64,000 nt of DNA from Selaginella moellendorffii (lineage: Eukaryota; Plantae; Lycopodiophyta), in NCBI RefSeq assembly GCF_000143415.4, contig NW_003314262.1, positions 1,835,732-1,899,731 on the forward strand, read 5' to 3'. Made by a program: the position numbers and the translations under genes. The notes beneath the pieces are model-generated. The model had not been told where the DNA came from. It saw only the letters and a list, made by a program, of their open reading frames with translations, and made no database searches. How positions within the stretch are numbered: position 1 is the first letter of the stretch; the number at the start of each line of letters is the position of its first letter. Below are positions 58,601-64,000 of this stretch, piece by piece.

Positions 58601-58910
58601 TGTTACACTAGTCATATGACTTACTAAGTGAGAATGGTAAATCAGAGGAATAAAGACCCTAGTTGAAGGTGTTGACTTCAAGAGGGCTTGCCTATGGGGA
58701 CAAGCATGAAGGAATCCATGCACGATCATAAATTGATTAACTCACTTGTCAAGTGAGAAGACTTGGAAGCTTAGAGGAACTAGGTTCTTAACTGTGATAC
58801 ATAATGCACTTTAGATATAAGTTGGTGCACCCACGTAAGAAGTCACGTTAGACATCCTAGGTGATGCCTTTCATAGATGCATATATAAAGGTTAGGTTCA
58901 AGCCCCAACC
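55700..58910 (+). mobile_element. Degenerate LTR debris: family-A fragment (opposite strand, about 55715-55900), family-B LTR ending at 57053, decayed iMet PBS and AT-rich internal sequence
   Basis: 56050-57053 aligns patchily to 21940-22927; TTTGGTATTAAAAG follows ...GTGCTACA. Confidence 0.6.
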
Positions 58911-60530
58911 TGTGAGACACAAAATCCCTAGGCCCCAAAGTAGAGCCGGAGGGGCGCCACGTGGTAGTGGCCGAAGCGAAAGCCAAACGAGCGTAACACG
59001 TTTGGACTAAAAGCTCCGCCTTGAAAGGTCGAGAGCGGGAATGGAACCCCTAACAAAGTGCTTGAGGAATGAGCACGAAGCAAGCCATAAGCGAGGCTCC
59101 AAAAAGGGACCCAAAAAGGACTAACACATGACACGTGGAAGTGTCCGAGATGGACCCGAGTTGGAGTCCGAAGTGGAGTTCGAGATGGAGTCCGAGATGG
59201 ACCCGAGATGGAGTCTGAGATGGAGTCCGAGATGGACCCGAAATGGAGTCCGAGATGGACCCGAGATGGACCCGAGATGGAGTCCAAGATGGACCCGAGA
59301 TGGACTCGAGATGGAGTCCGAGATGGACCCGAGATGGAGTCCAAGATGGAGTCCGAGATGGACCCGAGATGGAGTCCGAAGTCGAGACCGAGACCGGGAC
59401 CAAGACCGAGACCGAGACCGAGATCGGGACCAAGACCAAGACCGAGGCCGAGGCCGAGACCGAGTCCGAGCCCGAGCCCGAGTCCGAGTCCGAGTCCGAG
59501 TCCGAGTCCAAGTCCGAGTCCGAGTTCGAGTCTGAGAGGGTGAAAGCCCAAAGTGTTCGTCTCCCAGACCCTGGGGGGTTTGGTGAGCTCCAAAAGTATA
59601 GTAGGGGGAGGACTGCAGTGGAGCCAGTTTGGCCAGGAAAGGCCAGTTTGGCCCAGGAAGGCCGGACCCAGTGTTGGGTGATGAGCTGCCCACTGGGAAG
59701 TCCAAGACTAGAGTGAACACGGACCGACAAGCGGGGTAGCTTGGTGAAGTGTTCAAGAGCTGGCTCTAGTTCCCCCGGGAGATCGATTGGCCGATGCTCC
59801 CAGTCCAAGTGTGGGTGGCACTACCTACTTGGATACCTGTTGTGGCTCAATGAAACCTCGCTCTAAGCCCATGGCTAGAGCACCTAAAGGAGAAAGGCGG
59901 GGAGAGTACCCATGAGGCTTACGTAAGGCCACGGTGTTCTGAAATGTTGTCCCAAAGTCCCAAACGGTGAAAGGGAAGAGAAGTAAGCCTCTAATGCAGT
60001 GACCAAGGATACGGTCACATGGTGTGGAAGTCCCAAAGGATAGTGGGACTTAGCGGTCAGGCCTGCGGGCCTTGATCCAGTGGCAGTGTTGGCAAACCCA
60101 GCCATAGACTAAAAGGGACTTGGTGGGGACTGGAAAAGAGTTGTCGGGGAAGGCTATTCCCCATGTCTGCGGGCATCCTAAGGATGCTAAGGAATAGATC
60201 TAGGATGATCGCTCATGGACGGACGGCCCAGTCTTTGAGAGACAGGATTATGATGCAGGTGGCGTTAGACCACCGGTGTGACCAAGGTGAATGGGCATGG
60301 CATAGCGTAACGGGCTGGTATGTCGGTGGTACCTTGGGATGTCGGTCATGGGATCGGACACATGGAGCACTTGGACCAAGTGCAAAGGTTGAGTGGCATG
60401 GATGCCATTCTCAAGGCTGGCAAGCCCCAAGTCCTAACTGAGACTTATGGAGGTTGTGAATGAGACTCCTCCAAGTGGTCAGAGGTGTAGTTAAGTGACT
60501 AAAGTAAAATGGATAAATTAGTCGCTTACA
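58911..60530 (+). mobile_element. Uninterrupted solo LTR, family A
   Basis: TGTGAGACAC...GTCGCTTACA with perfect TSD CAACC; internal minisatellite at about 59140-59535. Confidence 0.95.
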
Positions 60531-61299
60531 CAACCCTCTAGTGCTTGAATTCACTAGAGTTTGGAATATAAGGACATTCATTTTTTAGTGGTCACAAATT
60601 CTCAGTAACGAGACTACACTGCCAAGTGGGGGATGCCCTAAAGTCGTAATGCATAGTTAAATTGGTTAATGTGAAAGCTTGATATATCTAACTTGAACAC
60701 TCTAGTGTAAGTGGCACTAAGGACAGTGATTATTAAATTGATTCTTCATGAATCCATATATCTATATCAAGACTCATATCATAGCAAGCATAATAAAAAT
60801 CATCAATAATCAATTTAATTTCAACTCAAATCTATCAAAGAACTAACAATTCTAATATTGACCATTAAGTATTCCTTTTACAAAGCTAGCACTATTCATA
60901 ATTACATCACTTTTATAAAAAAAAGCCAAAGCTTAATCTCTACTAAGTAGTTTTATTTAGAACAAAGTTAACTCAACTTGTTACTCAGCTCATTTAAATT
61001 GGATAGCTACATTTCATTGCTTGTGCAATGAGTAGATGAACCCAAGTAGATTCAAATAAGAGCTAATACAAATACATAAACTTTGGCAAGGGAACTTAAC
61101 TAATGCCAAGGCAAAGGTGGTCAAATAATTAAGTAAGTTGATAAAATGGAAAAGGAAAATTTTTAGTTTACATTGGTAAGAGAAGTTAACTAAGACTAAG
61201 GGTAAAAATGGTTGAATGAATGAAATAAGCTGGTAAATTAAAAAAGAAAAATTTATAACTTACAATTTGGTATTGACTAAAGTAAAGCATAAGCCAATA

Positions 61300-63440
61300 A
61301 ATGTAAATTAAACCACTTGTGGAGATGGAACCTTTAGTCAATCAAGAATTAGTGGATGAAAAATCCTTGCATGAGGAGGATTTCAATGAAGAGATTTTTG
61401 AAGGTGAATTTGGTGGTAAAATGTGATTGTCCAAGGTTTGATTGGATACTCTAGAAGGACAATTGGCACAAACCAATGCTCTACTAAAAACCCTCATACG
61501 TAAGTTAAAATAATGAGAAACTAAACAAAAGACAAAAGACAATAGATGCTAACAATGTAAAAAGTGTAGACCCTTTGGTGAGTACTGAGGCAAAACCGAA
61601 AAATGTTAAGCAAACTAAAATAGAGTTTATCCCACAAACAATTCATAAATACAAATCAAAGCCTCTACTAGTCTTAAAAGGAGTGGTTGACTATAAAGTA
61701 GTGGAAGATTGGTTATATGATATGAAATTTTTGAATATTGCAATTACCAAACTTGATAAAAGTCCTATTTACAAAACCATACTTAGTGAATAATGTTAAG
61801 TCTTGGTGAAAAACAACAAAAGTCAATAAAGGACCAATAGCTACTTAAGAAGTGATGAAAGCAAGGATTAGAGTAATTTATATTCCTCCAAATGCTACTT
61901 TATATTTAAGGGATAAGTTGTAGATTGAGGCAGAAAAGAATTATTCAAGAGTATGTAAATGCGTTCATGGCCAAAAGGATCCTTGTTACAAATATGAGTG
62001 ACATGGATGTGTTTCATAAGTGATGCAACTATAAAGAATTATTGGATGTGGCTTTTAAGATCAAAGTGTATTTTGATGACAACTCATAGTATGAAAATGG
62101 AACTCAATTGTGTCTGGATCTACATTTAACAAAAGATCCAAACCAAGAAGGATATATAGAAAAGGGGGATTCAAAAGGAATTTCTTTAAGAATGAGTCTT
62201 CAAAGTTTTAGAAAGGCAAATTTAATAATAAGAAAGTAAGTATATAGGGGAATTAGGTCAAAAAGGACAAACCCACTGGTAAAAAGACCAAATCTATTAG
62301 CATCGTGAAGAATAATATATATTTCAATTGCAGCAAGTTTAAATACTTTTCGAGAGAATGTCCTTACCCAAATAAAGTTAGGATCAATATATCCATTAAG
62401 TTTGCTGAAGTCTAAAGTAAGGTATATGATCTAATCCTTAGCTTAAAATTACTCATCATATAAACAACTTTGGTAGAAAGTTAATTACAATATCAATTAT
62501 CCTTTTGCAGAAAGTTCAAAGGTAAATCTTTATATAAGCTTCTGAATTTAAACTTTCTGAGAGGTCATGTAACTCAGTACTATTGAAACTCAAATATCTG
62601 AAAACCCTTAACTAATTCAAAAAAGGGGTGCACTTTTGTTCATAGGCTCTTTCCATTTATATTTAAACTCTTATAGATCATTTTTCAAGTCATGTTTTTT
62701 TTTTCTTACAATCCATTATAATTTCTATAGTTAATCAACAGAGTCATACCTAAAACTAATAAGTAACATAGCCCAATACTACTTAAACTTAAAGATACTT
62801 AACCCCAAGCATCCCAAAACCTTTAACCAATTAAAAAGAAGGGTGCATTCTTGTTCATGAGACTTTTCCCTTTATATTTGAACTCTTATAGATTATTTTT
62901 TGAGTCATTCTTTTTTAGCTTCTTACATGTTATTGATAGGGGTGTTATAGACAATTTTATGGTTACAAATATAGTTCAGTAAGTTGGACTAATAGTGAAG
63001 CAGCTGGGAGAACTAAAGACTATAGAGTTTGTTCAAAGTAGCCAAAGCACCAATGATGTGCTTTGACAAGTAAGAGTCGAAGTGGGGACATGGAAAATAA
63101 ATATGGATTTCACCATTTTAGATATAGCAAAGTTTAATGTAATCTTTGGTATGAATTGGTTTAATTAATTTATATTAACTTTACATAAACAATATAAGAA
63201 CCTAGTGGTATTGGCAAATACCTAAATAATCTAGGGTAAAGGCCCAAGATCTAAAGATAGAGTGAAATAAGTCTAAAAACTCCTGCTTGGACTTAGTGTT
63301 CATAAGAAGACAATTCACTAAAGGAATCAAGGTAGCATTTTTGTATTTAATTTAAATTAGATAATAATGTTCTTCACTAGCATCTAAGTATTTTTAGTGT
63401 CGAATATCATTCTGCAAAGCTTGAAGTTGCTACTGCAAAT
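61300..63440 (+). pseudogene. Highly degraded Gypsy gag-protease related to the chromovirus
   Basis: KPLLVLKGVVDYKVVEDWLYDM resembles the chromovirus KPPNFRGMRDYRVLED*VYDM; CCHC remnant near 62320; LIDRG protease remnant near 62930. Confidence 0.65.
62533..62927 (-). mobile_element. Degenerate Cassandra TRIM copy
   Basis: Two repeats (...GGGTGCACTTTTGTTCAT...TTATATTTAAACTC...CTTACA) align to the 16398 LTRs; decayed 5S-like AACTTTCTGAGAGGTCATGTAACTCAGTACTATT. Confidence 0.75.
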
Positions 63441-63452
63441 GTGAATCTAGTT

Positions 63453-63940
63453 GTAGCACATTTGGTTTTCACCCTTTATTCTATAGTGATTTACCATAAA
63501 ATAACCACAAAGTTGAACTTAAACCCTCCATATGCTATGTGTTTCATGCCACATGCCATATGCCATGTGTCCAATGACAGTAAAGTGAAACTCAAGTTTC
63601 AGAGCCTTTGGCCACTTAATAAAGGTATAGAGCCAAACTCTTAAATATAGAGCCAAGGAGTTAAGGAATTGAAGAATGAAATAACTCTTGAACATTCAAC
63701 CTAAAGAGCAAAGGGATAGAAGCACGGAGTGACGTAGGAATAGTCCTAGAGCATCTAACATCTTAATACTAAAACTAACATGCAAAACAAAGCCAAATAG
63801 AATTTGGTGCTATTTTAGCATATTAATGGCCTAACATGAGAATATAAATACTCCATCAGCTAGCATGGTATGGAACTTGGGCTTAGACCCAAGCTGACGC
63901 AAAATAAGACAATACTCAAGCAGGACTACACTATCCTTAG
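63453..63940 (-). mobile_element. Partial degenerate family-B LTR (long variant)
   Basis: TGTAGCACATTTGGTTTTCACC... is the reverse complement of the LTR ends at 22927 and 57053. Confidence 0.7.
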
Positions 63941-64000
63941 TTGGGATCCTCTAAGTGACCTCAGCATCACTGCCTGCCGTCTTCTTTTTCTTCGTTAATA

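Noticed and set aside
59140-59535. CRISPR-like periodicity
   Set aside because: No unique spacers, eukaryotic context and no cas genes.
58928-59808. Many overlapping low-complexity ORFs (RS/RD/LG/SP repeats), also at 15336-15978
   Set aside because: Translations of the LTR-A minisatellite in all frames; not SR proteins.

Overview
Eukaryotic, intron-dense plant DNA with very short introns. Axonemal genes sit beside land-plant PLS-type PPR and DUF3527 genes, which points to a flagellate-sperm land plant; Selaginella (a lycophyte) is my inference, not something I could confirm. Gene-rich block 1 (1-14.3 kb): 5' part of an axonemal dynein heavy chain, RPL15, IQUB, a membrane protein, an F-box protein and an intronless 2OG-Fe(II) oxygenase. 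Retrotransposon island (14.6-38.1 kb): nested Ty3/Gypsy elements and solo LTRs with recognisable target-site duplications (TSDs), a 5S-carrying Cassandra TRIM, a near-intact chromovirus, and a Gypsy whose gag-pol junction has a slippery site followed by a pseudoknot. Gene-rich block 2 (38.7-53.9 kb): a second copy of the 2OG oxygenase, a RING-H2 gene, DUF3527, PLAC8, PPR and DUF971 genes. Degenerate LTR debris fills 55-64 kb. The top finding is a spliced 3-exon gene at 41900-42906 (-) that appears to encode a Y14/RBM8-like RRM joined by an acidic linker to a divergent Mago nashi domain, i.e. the exon-junction-complex heterodimer as one polypeptide. A decayed fragment of that gene lies at about 10.9-11.1 kb. 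All homologies were recognised by eye; no searches were run.
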